DNA of 64,000 nucleotides from Antedon mediterranea (Eukaryota; Animalia; Echinodermata). Numbering within the stretch: position 1 is the first letter of the stretch; every line of letters begins with the position of its first letter. The stretch is from contig NC_092675.1 of the NCBI RefSeq assembly GCF_964355755.1, positions 4,955,812 to 5,019,811 of the forward strand, written 5' to 3'. A program made the position numbers and the translations under genes. Positions 1 through 11,931 of this stretch are shown here, piece by piece. Under the pieces are notes generated by a model, which saw only the letters and a program-made list of their open reading frames with translations, searched no databases and was not told where the DNA came from.

Positions 1-509
1 ATTAAAGTAATGAAAGAAAATTTTATTTGATAGTCATTTTTTGTTGTAATGTTTATTACTCAATGCTCTATATTAAACATAAACGTATTATGACCACAAA
101 CGTTTAGAAAAATCGGCGACGTGGTTTCCGTATTATATGCATATATTATATGAGCCAAGGACAATGTAAGTTATTCTAACGGAAATGTTTGACTGTTTAG
201 TTTTTTTCTCTTTTGTGGCGTTAACCACTACTTTTATTTATTTCATTTTCAAATGATCAAAACAATGATTTTATACATCTTCGTAATTTATATATTCCAA
301 TGTTATTCTTTCCTCAATTATTTTATTATATTTTCTTTCTTATTGTTTAGTTGTCAGCGGACTAGGCAAAACTATTTTGACATTCTACAATTATCAAAAA
401 AAAAAAAATCATTTACATTAAATTATTTCATTGTATTTCTGTATTCATTTTAATTTGTTTAACTCAAAGCTGATCATGGATTATCTGACGTATCGACAAA
501 ATAATACAC

Positions 510-890
510 GAGTGAGTGGTGGCCAAGCGGTGAGTGAGTGGTGGCCGGGTGGTTAAGACAGTGGAACCGTAATTACGTAGCCATAACATCGGCAAGGGTT
601 CGAGGCTCATTCGCTCCATGGTTCTGGTGGTAGAACAAGACTTAAGTCTTCTCGGATAATGACATGAACTGTAGGTCCAGTGTACACATAGCTCATGTGC
701 ACTTTAAAGAACCTAGTACATCTTTCGAGACGAGCAGGGGGTTACCCGGTGTACTAGTCCACACAAACACAGCCACTGTCGCACACAGCCACTGTGTAAT
801 TGGGACTGGACCGTTTTATAGGTGTTTACCATGCTGTTGGTCCAGATCCTCCACTAACAGAGTTAGTGAGAAGTTGAATAAATAAATAAA
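510..890 (+). mobile_element. tRNA-derived SINE with partially duplicated head
   Basis: Pol III A-box-like TGGCCGGGTGG and B-box-like GGTTCGAGGC. The head GAGTGAGTGGTGGCC occurs twice (510, 532). GC-richer body ends in an (AAAT)n tail at ~879-890. Confidence 0.75.
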
Positions 891-1013
891 TTAAAAACAA
901 ATCGAAATGCATTATAATTTATTATATAATAATCATATTTATATGGCTATATTATACTAATACACCATTCAGCACACCGTACAACAAGTATATGAGGAAA
1001 AGTGAAAAGTTAA

Positions 1014-4000
1014 GAGCCATTGTCTGTAAAAATCAAAGATTTGGTGGCAGATGTAAAAAAATGGATTTCTCTCAAATTTTTACCATGAATAGACATTTCA
1101 ATAAAAAGCATATCTACAACATTCATTTTAATTTTTAGCCTCCGTTGCCATGACAACGGTCAATTATCCAAATTTTGATGTTTTTGCCATTTTTCACAGA
1201 TTTTCTATAGTGAAAAAGTACAAACTTGTATACTTATTTTAACCAAAATTACTTACAGTATACAGTTTTAGTTTATAGCAGTGTAATCAACATGTATTGA
1301 GTTCCATTTAATGTAGAAAAAAAATAAATTACAAAATGGAGTTTGGTTGATACCATTATTTTAAAAAGGGGTGTTTTAAAAAATATTTTTTTTATAAAAG
1401 TATACCTCATAAACGTACCTATAACTTCCAAAGTGGTGTTTTTAAATCAATGAGGTTTTTTAATTTGATAGTCAATAGGTTTGTCAACAATAATAACGAA
1501 AAAAACACTGGGGTAAATTTCGTACATAGGTTTTGTGTTGCCAGGAAAATACGAAAAATACAAAAAATATAACAAAATATCAACAAACAAAACACATGAA
1601 ATACAATTTAAATATGGCTAATCCAATAATAAAATGTATATGTGGCTTGTCATAATGCTACTAGAGTCATACGAATAGTTTAGATAAAATAGGAGAATGT
1701 GTTGCCAGGTTTATTTCAATTAATTGCCAGAAAAACAGTATTTTGCATTGAAATATTTAGTTGATGGAAAATAATGTTAAACTTGGAAATAATTGCGTCA
1801 ATGGTTTTTATAAATTTTTTAATCTATTTTGTGTAAAGAGATACAGAAAGACCTCCCAAAAAATCTGACCTTGTAAATAGGTCATTTGAGGTCAAAAGGG
1901 GTCAGAATGCAAAACAGGACAGGTCCCCACTTTACTACACCTATTAATGTTTGATCAAAATTTACAAGATAGTTCATAACAATTCTCAACAATTTTCATA
2001 TTTTACCTATAGTGTTACCTTAGCAACCATTTCTATGTGTAACTAAGGAAAGTAATTTTTAAAAAACCGTAAAAAATGGCGTTTTTATAAATACAAAGAA
2101 TTGATTGCATTTGTAATTTTTCTCAATTTTACTTCTACTGCATTCCATTAATGACAAACTTGACCTTGTAAATTCATTCATTTTGAGGTCAACATTTTAC
2201 CATAGTAACTGTTCCTATGCGAAAATTTCCAAAAAATAAGGGGTTTTTCATAAATACAAAACATTTTTTCTACATAGTTTTACATTTCTACTTTTTGCCA
2301 AATTTACTTTAAATACTGAATCCTAATAATCTCAGAAAGAAAGTCTTGACGAATCTGAATAAAGGTAAAAAAATGACCTTTAGTGTTATCTTAAATTTGT
2401 TTACGTAACTAATGATTTTTTTTACATATTGAGGTCAAATGACATCAACATTTTACCTATAGTGTATTGTAGCAACTGTTTCTATACGTAACTAAGTACA
2501 ATATTTTTAATATGGGGTTTCATGACTACAAACAATTGATTACATAGCTTTACTACTTTTTCCCAAATTTACTTATCTACTGAATCCCAGAAAATGTCTG
2601 ACCTTGTGAAAGGGTCATTTGTTGGGTCAGTTATGTCAAAATGTATTATTTATGTTATCTTAGAACCTATTTCTATGCATAACTAAGGATAATTGTTTTT
2701 TTAAATACAGTTGAACCTCCCGTAAGTGGCCACCCTCGGGACCTGGAAAAGTGGCCGCTTATAATTGTAGGCCTATTATTATTAATAATCAGGTGGTTTA
2801 GTATCTTTTAGCATTTTCAGACAAATTTTAAAAACTTTTATCATATGAAAAATGGTCGGTCAAAATCTTTGTAGTTTTCTCATCTCTTCACAGTAATGTT
2901 TTTAAAACCTCTTCAAAATAAAGCTAATATATAAAGAAATACAATAAACATGCACCTCTAATTCATAGGTCCATGCAATAAGTATCACATTTTTCGATTG
3001 GCCGCTTACAAAAAATCTCATTTTTTGTATAAAAAGGTGCCCGCAGCTGCTTACGGTAAGCACCAAATGCACTAATTAGATAGGAAGAACAAACAGACTT
3101 TTCAAAGTGCGTCCGTTAAGGGAGGTGGCCGCTGTAAATAAAATATGGGGTTTTCAAGAAGAAAGTGCTTACGAATATGACCTTGTGAAACGGTAATTTG
3201 AAAATGCAAATAAGGCATGCCTGCTAATAATCTACAAATTTAAATTTGTATAAGATAAATATGCAAAATCTAAAGAATATCTCAATTTTAGTTACCATAG
3301 TAACTGTTGCTATGCATAACTAAGAGAAATTAAATAATTATCAGATAATTATTAATTAATAATTAATACTGAATCCAACCATCACAGTAAAAAAAATATA
3401 GAATTTAAAACTAATATTTAATAATAAAGTGTGATATTTTACATGCTGACCTTAAATGAAATGAAATTTCAAATCAGGGCTTCAATATTTGTTATGTAGC
3501 ATTAATATACCTGAGTATATCATTGACTTTTGATTGGTTCTATTTTGGGGAGGAGAAAGTGGTGGATCCAGGACTTTTAAATAGTTAGGGGGTTGAAGGC
3601 GAGGGTCTATTCATTGGGGCGATAGTAGCGGCAGTGTGGATGGTGCTTGAATGCATGCATTTGACACTCTATAGTGGATGATCGACCAAAGTGTTGCAGT
3701 TTATCTTTTTGTGGTTATAGTCGGGGTGGGGGGGGGGGGGAGGGGTGGAAGTCGAAAGTGGTGGTGGATGGGCATGTGGGATCTGCTTAGGTTAGCAAAT
3801 AAAAGAAGTAAACAAATGAAAGAGGAGCTTCAAAATAAGAGAGGAGTAATCTGACGATTTATGATCTGATAATTTATTCAAATTTCCAGACCTATAAAAT
3901 GACATTAAAACTGGGAATTACAGAATCTATAATTAAAAATTTATTTTTTTTCCTCACAACACAACTAGAACTATATAAAACATTAAGAATTTTTCTGACC

Positions 4001-4626
4001 AATGAGTTTCAAATCAAATAATCAAAGAAAATAAAATGTTTTTACTAATATACCATGGTTTTTTTTTTATAAAAATGCCTATGTTTCTCGCAACACTGCT
4101 TGTAGATTTAAAATTTACCCCAGTATTTTATTTTAGAAATCAATTATTAAACATTAGAACTACCTATTTGTAATAAATCAGCTAAAAAAATACACCACTT
4201 TGGGCGTTATGGTGAAGTAAAGTTTAGTTGCATTGAACAATTTTAAAAAAGTGAAAAACACCCCTTTTTAAATAAATGGTATCTCCCAAAGTATGAAATA
4301 AAAAAAAATAAAAAAATTTGAAACAGGTACACAATGCATTGTTATTATGCATACACTAATTATTTTTTATAATTAAATGAACAAAACAAAAATATCGTTC
4401 ATCAAAGTAGTACCAATATCCATTTTTAAAAACCTTAAAAAAGGACAAAATTTGTCAAAAACACAGATTTGGCCGTTGCCATGGAAATATACGTGTGAAA
4501 TAAAAAATACTTCATATTTGATTTCTCTCAACACATATATAGCCATGTGCAAAATTTGAAAGAAATCCATTTTTTGGAGTCTGCCACTCTTTTTGATATT
4601 TCTTTGATTCTTACAGACAATGGCTC
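1014..4626. mobile_element. Non-autonomous DNA transposon, Sola3-like (Kolobok not excluded), with long imperfect TIRs
   Basis: Termini GAGCCATTGTCTGTAA(A/G)AATCAAAGA...TCTTTGATTCTTACAGACAATGGCTC, flanked by TTAA (1010-1013, 4627-4630). Patchy inverted similarity extends ~500 bp (e.g. 1350 vs 4260, 1420 vs 4195, 1505 vs 4115). No transposase ORF. GAG...CTC ends, TTAA TSD and long TIRs match Sola3. Confidence 0.75.
2708..3134. mobile_element. Nested Tc1/mariner (pogo/Tigger-like) MITE
   Basis: TA|CAGTTGAACCTCCCGTAAGTGGCCACC ... GGGAGGTGGCCGCTG|TA with repeated GTGGCCGC motifs. It interrupts a subrepeat of the host element. Confidence 0.6.
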
Positions 4627-5524
4627 TTAAATAGGTCCTAGAGAATGGAAAAAAATGACAACACTGAATTCCATATTGGTAGTGGGCCTAAGTTCGTCAG
4701 TTCCGGTTGTTTGTCCTTCTATTATGGCATTAGGCGTTTGATTGTTTCGTATTACTTCCTTTGCATGGCACTGAAAGTGTAGAAACCAACATCGTATAAC
4801 CTAAAGAACTCATCAAGGAACAGAAAAACCTATATATTTAGTAAGTATGTCACTTTTTATTTTTCAACTAAAGTAGATATCAAAATTACATCGTTATACT
4901 GTATGTTGTTGATGTTTACAATTATCATATTATGTGAGCTAGACAGATGAAAAAAAAAACAGTCTACAAAAGTATTCATGCTAGGCCTACAGCTCAGCGA
5001 ATTAGCCTCAGATCACAGTACTATGTAGGCATAATCTGTCAGTAAGGGCGACCGTATATCCTATTTTGATTTGAATACATAGAATACTGTATATTAATAC
5101 ATGTTTGTGCTAAAATCTGACTGTTAGCATGTATGGTAATATCTGGGGGTTTCTTAAAAAATATTTATATAAAATAAGTTACGAAGACAGTAATTATCCC
5201 TTAACAAACCATTACCACCATTAATTCGACAAGGTATGACGACATAGTTTATTGTGAAACAATAATGGCAGACAATCATAAAATGTGAACTAGTTATTTT
5301 ACTCTTATATTGTTAATAAATCACACAGAAAATTCTTGAAACCATAATAATAATTACCATTATATAGTTTATAAATTTTAGACAATTATGTTAGAAATCA
5401 AATTAAATTCAATTCCATGTTAGGGCCTATTACCGTATATCATATCATATCATAAATACAATATACATTTGTGTCACTCTCACTCACTACAATACAAAAA
5501 AGTACAACATCATGACAGTCAGAT

Positions 5525-5528
<4 letters not shown>

Positions 5529-5566
<38 letters not shown>

Positions 5567-5778
5567 TAGGTATTTGTATAGCGCCAGAATCAACTAAACT
5601 GAAGTAAAAATCAAAGGCGCTTATATTGGATGTTAAAAAGATGCGTTTTAAGTTCTTTTTAAAAAATAGCAATAGAAGTTTATTTAGTAAAATGACGAGG
5701 GAGAGAATTCAAAAGAGAAGCAGCAGAGAACATAAAAGACCTTTGTCCATAAGATTTGGTGTTAATTCTAGGAACAAA
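5529..5778 (-). mobile_element. 5'-truncated L2/CR1-type LINE 3' end
   Basis: Minus strand reads ~VPRINTKSYGQRSFMFSAASLLNSLPRH...IAIFKKNLKRIF, a typical post-RT C-terminus. A short AGCGCC...GGCGCT stem-loop and (ATT)n tail follow (plus-strand (AAT)n at 5529-5562). Confidence 0.75.
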
Positions 5779-5961
5779 TTTATCACATAAATATTCAGTA
5801 AATATACAGCAATATTAATTAATAATTTAATTATTTTGAAATCCAGTAGGCCTATTATTTGTTACCGAAATAATTATCATCATAAATAAATATAAGTATT
5901 TGTAGTATCGCATATAATTTGAATTTTTTTTTTCAGCCAATGTGAAAAGACTTTATTCAAG

Positions 5962-8900
5962 ATGAAAATTGTCAGTCTTTTACCCAGTCTGCTGTTGGTA
6001 TTCTTTTGTAATGTTTTGAGTACTGATAAATTGGCAGCGGCAATGGAGGTTGCCACACTTTCTAGTAGTTGTTGGTTAGTTATTATAACTTGTTAATGTA
6101 ACAGTATTAGTTAGTATCACCAAAAATACACATTGAGCCTGAATAGACGAGTCTAACTTTTGAGGAAATTTCCGTTCTATGTATTTGCTGAAAGTGTACT
6201 AAAATTGGCCGGTAACGAAAGTATGATTTTCTTAGATTGCTTCTAGGCCTATATCTTATTGTTTTGTAAACTTTGCCTTTAATATATCTAATCATAAAAC
6301 ATAACCATATTGTATATTATTAGATTGATAATAAAATACACAACAATGTAATTTCAAAATTGCCGTAATCTTAAAACATAAAACAAAATGTTCAATGAAT
6401 GCAAAATACAAAAGTATGATCGATTCATTGCGAATAATTTTTCTTTAAAACTTTGTTTGACTTTAAAGGGAAGAAAATTCAGATCGTATCGAGAATGTGG
6501 ATAAGGCGAATGCATGCTACGGGAATCAAAATACAGGTAAATAAACAAGATACCTCTTCTTTTTTTAAAAATCTAAACAATAATAGCATAATCAATTTAT
6601 TCAGCACAGCAAATAATTATTTATTTTTAGATGAACTGTTGTGCTTTATGTTCCAAAACGATACGGATAAATGTAGAAATGGTTGGAAAGAACCAGTGAT
6701 AAGCAACATGAACAACTTTAACTATGTCGTCGAAGCAGCCAAATACCTTCTTACACGCAACTCGACGTTTACAGTTCGGATGGAATTGGAAACGAGATTA
6801 CAGCGGTTTATGAACTCATTTACTTCGGAGTGTGTTTCCAGAGAAGTTTCCAAGAACGTGTCAAAGAAGACTATTTTATGTGTTACCTTTGAAATTGATC
6901 AAGACGGTTATAAGATAAGAATTTTCAGAATGGGTAAAAAAGTTTCTTGTCAAAGACAATCTGACGATTATCTTCTGTGCCTCGCCGATGTCATTCAACC
7001 GACTTCAACGAGAACTGTTTATGGTAACGTATGTCTTTTTATGTTCTAAAAAAATCAGTTTAAAAGGAAATTAATGAATGTTAACGAAACATTGTGTCAA
7101 TATACAGTTGTCAAAATTAACTTAAAACTCGAAAAATAAAACTGTAAAAAAATAAATCAATTTTAGCAAGGCCTAATGGAAAATGGAATACTATTAATCA
7201 CATTAATAATGGTTCCATTGATTGATACAAATCTCAATAGTTTTAGTCTGTGCAATAATAATGTTATCGTTTAAAAATCGTTTACAATTTAAAACAGACA
7301 TTACTACTAGTGGTACAACAAGTCTCTACAGTACCGGTAGTAGTCTACCAACTAGCTCTCTTCCTCTGTCTACAGAAGTTACCACCAGCGGTTCAACAAA
7401 TACCAACAGGTTCTACACCAGAAGTCTACCAACTAGCTCTCTTCCTCTGTCTACAAAAGTTTCCACCAGCGGTTCAACAAATACCAACAGTTTATACACA
7501 AGTAGTCTATCAACTAGCTCTCTTACTCTATCTACAGAAGTTACCACCAGCGGTCCAACACATACCAACAGGTTCTACACCAGAAGTCTACCAACTAGCT
7601 CTCTTCCTCTGTCTACAAAAGTTTCCACCAGCGGTTCAACAAATACCAACAGTTTATACACAAGTAGTCTACCAACTAGCTTTCTTCCTCTATCTACAGA
7701 AGTTACCACCAGCGGTCCAACACATACCAACAGGTTATACACAAGTAGTCTACCAACTAGTTCTCTTCCTCTGTTTACAGAAGTTTCCACCAGCGGTTCA
7801 ACAAATACCAACAGGTTCTACACCAGTAGTCTACAAACTAGCTCTCTTCCTCTGTCTACAAAAGTTACAACCAGTGGTTCAACAAATATCAACAGGTTCT
7901 ACACAAATAGTCTAACAACTAGCTCTCTTCCTCTGTCTACAGAAGTTACAACCAGTGGTTCAACAAATATCAACAGTTTATACACAAATAGTCTAACAAC
8001 TAGCTCTCTTCCTCTGTCTACAGACGTTACTACCATTGGTTTAAAACATCCCAACAAGTTTTATACTAGTGATGTACCAACTAGTTATCTTCGTCTATCT
8101 ACTGATTATACCATGGAGATAAAGAAGGAGTCGACTAATGCAAATGTAGTTGCCGAAATAGATAGTTGTTGGTAAGTATTGTTATACTTAATTTATTAAA
8201 TGTTTCAAAACCACCGGAACAAATTATTTATTATAAAATAACGTTTTAGATTGTGACTCTTAATTAATTTAATAGTCATATTGAAAAGCTACAGTAATAC
8301 TACATTTATAATTTAAGTTTTCAAATTACAAACATTCTATTGTGTTTTCTATTATTATTTCAGGACACAACTTTCACCAAATGTCGAACGTGTTGGAAGG
8401 AATGATCTATGCTATATTAGCGATAATTTAGGTAAACCGGTTCGCTATTACATTTAAAAAAAATTGTGTTTGCTTTTTTTAAACAAAATAATCCGATATG
8501 GACAATCTTTTTCACAAAAATTCATTTCATTCACAATTCATTAAAAACTAGAATATAATTTACTGTTGATATCAATATTTAGATAAACAAAGATGCTACA
8601 AATTTGAGGATAACTTTCAAGAATGCGGAGAAGAATGGAAAAAAACAATAATTCATAACAAACAAGAGTTTGACTACATTATTACTAAAGCTAAATATCA
8701 TCTGACACCAAACTCACGATTTACAATTAAGATGGAATTAGACATGAGGGCTGAACAGTTTATCAATAAATTTACATCCGATTGTGTGAATAAAGCGATT
8801 CATTCAGACGTAATGATGAAGAAAAACAGATGTGCCACTTTTGAGATTTACGAAGATGGGTACCACATGGAGATTTATACAGTTTCTAAGAATAAGCCGT

Positions 8901-11192
8901 GCACAAGTACTAAGGATGATAAAGTAGCCTGTTTCACATCCGTCAAGCCACAGGAATTAACAACAAAAGGTAAAACTTAATTAGGCTAATTAATCAGAAA
9001 ACGAATCTCCTCATTCATGACATTCTCAGATGTAGAGTTAATTTACGGATATGGTTGGTTTGATTCAGGATAAAGCAAAGCTCTGTGTACACTCTCAAAC
9101 TCAATCTGAATGTGATGTGCTTATATATGGACATGATGATGTCATATAACTACCATATTTGGGCATATCACTATAATGTTTGGGCACAACACACTTTTTT
9201 GTCAAACTAGTTTGATAGTGTAGACAGAGCTTTAGACATGTTACGTTACGATGTGGGAGGAGAGGACTTATATCCCGATGAAAGCGGAAATGGTAAGTTC
9301 TACAGAGGTTGAACCTCTTGCGGAAGTCATTGATAGAAAAGTTTCCATCATTACCTATCTTTAAAAAAAATTTTTTTTTTAAATGTTTTTAATTTTTTCC
9401 ACCAGCATTCACTTACACCACCGATTCATCCGATATCCAAGCGTCGACAGATACGTTCTCTGTTTCTCTAATAGTGATGGTAATCGCTGTGTCTGTATTG
9501 GCTGTTATAGTATTGTCGCTTGGTTGTTTCTGCTACGGAAAATTCAAAGAGGTTAGAATAATTGTGATTGTTTGTGTATATGTAGCGCCACCAGTAGGTG
9601 TTTTGCTGCTCAGGTATAGTTATGACGCGCCATGTATGCGAAATGGTTTTCGCCGAATGTTATAAAAATGTCCACTTGGAACACAGACTAGCATTGAAGA
9701 ACAGACCTAAAAATGTGATTTAATTGTTGTGACATTTATTTATAGACGAAAATATAAGCTAATTATATAACATTCATAAATCAAATAGGAAAGCTTTGCA
9801 ATAGGTTATAAAATTTATATCTACATTATCAATCATTCTGCATTTAACTCTGATCTGATTTTCAACTTAGGAACTTATTATTATTATTATTTTTACTTTA
9901 TTTAGAGAAAGACTCATCAAACTGCACCAGCAATACCTGCTCACGGAAAAGGCTTTAGTAAGTACTTATCAAATAATAATATAATATTTTTTTCAAACAA
10001 CCAAACCAACACAGTTTTCATTCTATACTCATACAATTTCTGTCTTCGATAGAAATAATATTTTCAGATCATCAAATGATGTCATAGTAAATAAGAAGGA
10101 TAGCATTCACGATTTGTATTGATCTTGACGTCATTTGTTGACTAGATTTGTGAAATATTTTGATTGATAAAGAAAATTGATTCTTATTTTTAGAATGAAA
10201 ACTTTTATAATTTAGGCCTATTTTATTTTAGTTTAGAAAAAAAAATCCAACTATTTATCTGTTTATCGTCATCGTACCACATACTTAAGCATTTTAATTA
10301 GCATCCATTATTTGTACAATTGTGGAATGGGAACAATTGGATTCAAATGTTTTCTTCTTTTACAGATGAAGGTGTTGTTATTCCGATGCAAAGTGGCATT
10401 GCCAACTCAACATATGAATATCCATATGAACCGGAGCCCTTATATGCTGCTATCAACGATAACGGGCTATATACAGATCTTCTTCGATCACGGTCCGAAA
10501 GTGCATTGCATTTTGAAGGTGGTCAATTTCTTCCACAAACGCGATCTCTTCAACGATTGGTGCCCCAGAGAGTGGCAGAAAATAAATGGAGTACGTTACC
10601 ATATCAAACAAAAATACAGTCTGAAGTCGGTGCCAATGCTTCAATAAAGATGAAGTATTTAACGTCTTCTCAGTCGGGTTTTAATAATACTGATGATTTG
10701 GTACGTAAGTTCCACTCGTCACAGGATACACATAGACAAACACAGGATAGAGTACATTACCGAAGTCAAGATGGTAGTATTAACTTCAGTCATGACGAGA
10801 AAGTTAACCATGTAAACGAGACGAACCACTTAGATCAGGATGGTTACATAAAATCGAACTTTAATTCTGGTCATACGAATAATGATGATCTGTATCTCAC
10901 TCCGATAGCTACCAGTGACGATTCATCAACGCAAATAGAGAATTGCAGCGATATCGTAAATAGAGCAATATTTTCAGAATCGACAAATTTAAACCCCGAT
11001 GACGAGGAAGAATTACCCACTTATACAACGTTAAATCCTACTGATATCAATACATATACAGCTTTAGAACAAGATAGCCAAAGCCAAACTCCATCTACGT
11101 ATACCGATTTAACAAATACAGTTAAAGTAATAAACAAAACAAATCTGGAATCGACTTACATATCACTGGAACCTACGCCTAATGATGACTAA
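5962..11192 (+). CDS. Receptor A: type I membrane protein with two divergent C-type-lectin-like modules, a mucin stalk, TM and a Tyr-motif-rich tail (~975 aa)
   Basis: Hand-spliced GT-AG exons 5962-6074, 6469-6536, 6631-7023, 7298-8171, 8364-8431, 8583-8969, 9406-9551, 9906-9957, 10366-11192 (2928 nt, in frame). Signal peptide MKIVSLLPSLLLVFFCNVLS. TM SLIVMVIAVSVLAVIVLSLGCFCY. Tail motifs YEYP, YAAI, YTDL, YTTL, YTAL, YTDL, YISL. AATAAA at ~11316 and ~11395. A possible upstream UTR exon has a donor at 4841. Confidence 0.85.
7342..8100 (+). repeat. Coding 81-bp (27-aa) Ser/Thr-rich tandem repeat, ~9 copies (mucin stalk of receptor A)
   Basis: Unit SLPTSSLPLSTEVTTSGSTNTNRFYTR. The first copies alternate RFYTR/SLYTS, giving a 162-bp higher-order dimer. 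Confidence 0.95.
9077..9233. mobile_element. PIF/Harbinger-like MITE, family copy 1
   Basis: TIR AAGCTCTGT(C/G)TACACT...AGTGTAGACAGAGCTT. Same family at 12118 and 57563. Confidence 0.7.
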
Positions 11193-11931
11193 ATTTCTAT
11201 GGAAAATGAGGAAAGATACACCATTTTGAATTAGAAGCCAGTGACAATGAAGATTACATGTATCACTAACGATAATAATAATTATTGGATTGTTAATGAT
11301 GACATCTTTGCATTGATTAAATAATTACGACCTTTTATAGTATTTAATTCTATTTAATAAATCATTTTGCAGTTATATGACTTTTATAGCTTTTAATAAA
11401 CATAAACTGGAACTTGTGGTATTATGAAATTTATTTCTTTTAGCCAAAATGTACATGTTTCAGTGTTTTCCCATCAAGATCGGAATGCAAGCTCAACTAT
11501 CAACTCATAACATACTTTGTGTAATGAAATTGGTGTAATGAAAACTGACTATAATGTAGTGCAGAACACATAGTAGTAAAAGTAAAATAGTTAAAGATTG
11601 TACGATTTCCTTTTCACAACAACCAAACAAATAGTAATCAATCAATCAACGGAAATGTTGTAATTCTGGTAAAATATCACAAATGATAAATCTGGAAAAT
11701 TGTATAGACATTTCCTCCATGGTTTCATCTCCACATGATTAGTACCTTTTTTCCATGACGCTTCAGATTTCGGATATTACACACACTATACAGAATCATT
11801 CACCAGTATAGGTAATATCAATCAAACATTACGTCATTTCCGTTTCTAATTCGTATTCTGAAAGTCTTTAAACCACGTAATGCGGTTGGTTTTATAACTG
11901 TAGGCCTAAAAGACATGTTTGGTAGCAGAAG

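Noticed and set aside
664-885. 73-aa ORF
   Set aside because: It lies inside the SINE body.
7310-7915. Overlapping 201-aa ORF and antisense 78-aa ORF
   Set aside because: Alternative frames of the 81-bp repeat. Only the Ser/Thr frame joins the flanking exons in phase.
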